Program-made: the position numbers and the translations under genes
The notes under the pieces: model-generated
The model's input: the letters and a program-made list of their open reading frames with translations, nothing else
Told to the model about the DNA's origin: nothing
The model's database searches: none
Shown here: piece after piece, positions 63,999 through 64,000 of the stretch
Layout: the number at the start of each line of letters is the position of its first letter
How positions within the stretch are numbered: the first letter of the stretch is position 1
Origin: a virus
Lineage: Duplodnaviria; Heunggongvirae; Uroviricota; Caudoviricetes
DNA: 64,000 bases
Strand: one strand, 5' to 3'
Virus record (IMG/VR): IMGVR_UViG_3300035696_000002

Positions 63999-64000
63999 CT

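Noticed and set aside
1-64000. CRISPR array, DGR, integrase, intron/intein, stop-codon reassignment
   Set aside because: No spaced direct repeats, reverse transcriptase or recombinase motifs seen by eye; TAA, TGA and TAG all end tightly packed genes.

Overview
A 64-kb, GC-rich segment of a large dsDNA (jumbo-type) bacteriophage genome read in the standard genetic code. No rRNA, full tRNA or CRISPR array was seen. Layout: (1) 1-14.5 kb, + strand, early-type array of small genes with apparently leaderless promoters, including SWIM, J-domain, DNA ligase, HNH-RNA ligase, HD hydrolase and a ClpB-D2-only ATPase. (2) 15.4-27.4 kb, - strand: a 3341-aa polyvalent protein (2H phosphoesterase, about 6 ADP-ribosyltransferase-like domains, 2 GNAT, ParB-like, HAD, Nudix, Cys-His domain), a zincin protease and a pyrophosphatase-RelA/SpoT fusion. 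(3) 27.6-47 kb accessory genes: metallophosphoesterase, HEPN-like protein, trypsin-like protease, glycosyl- and pyruvyl-transferases, SNF2 helicase, fibre-like proteins. (4) 47-64 kb: terminase large subunit, a structured non-coding element upstream of it, and putative head/virion proteins. The most striking pattern is a K-x-(A/S/G) motif at almost every domain junction of the giant protein, the RelA fusion and the head-region proteins. It suggests protease-processed, virion-loaded polyproteins of host-takeover and anti-defence enzymes. All domain calls come from motifs read by eye, not from database searches.
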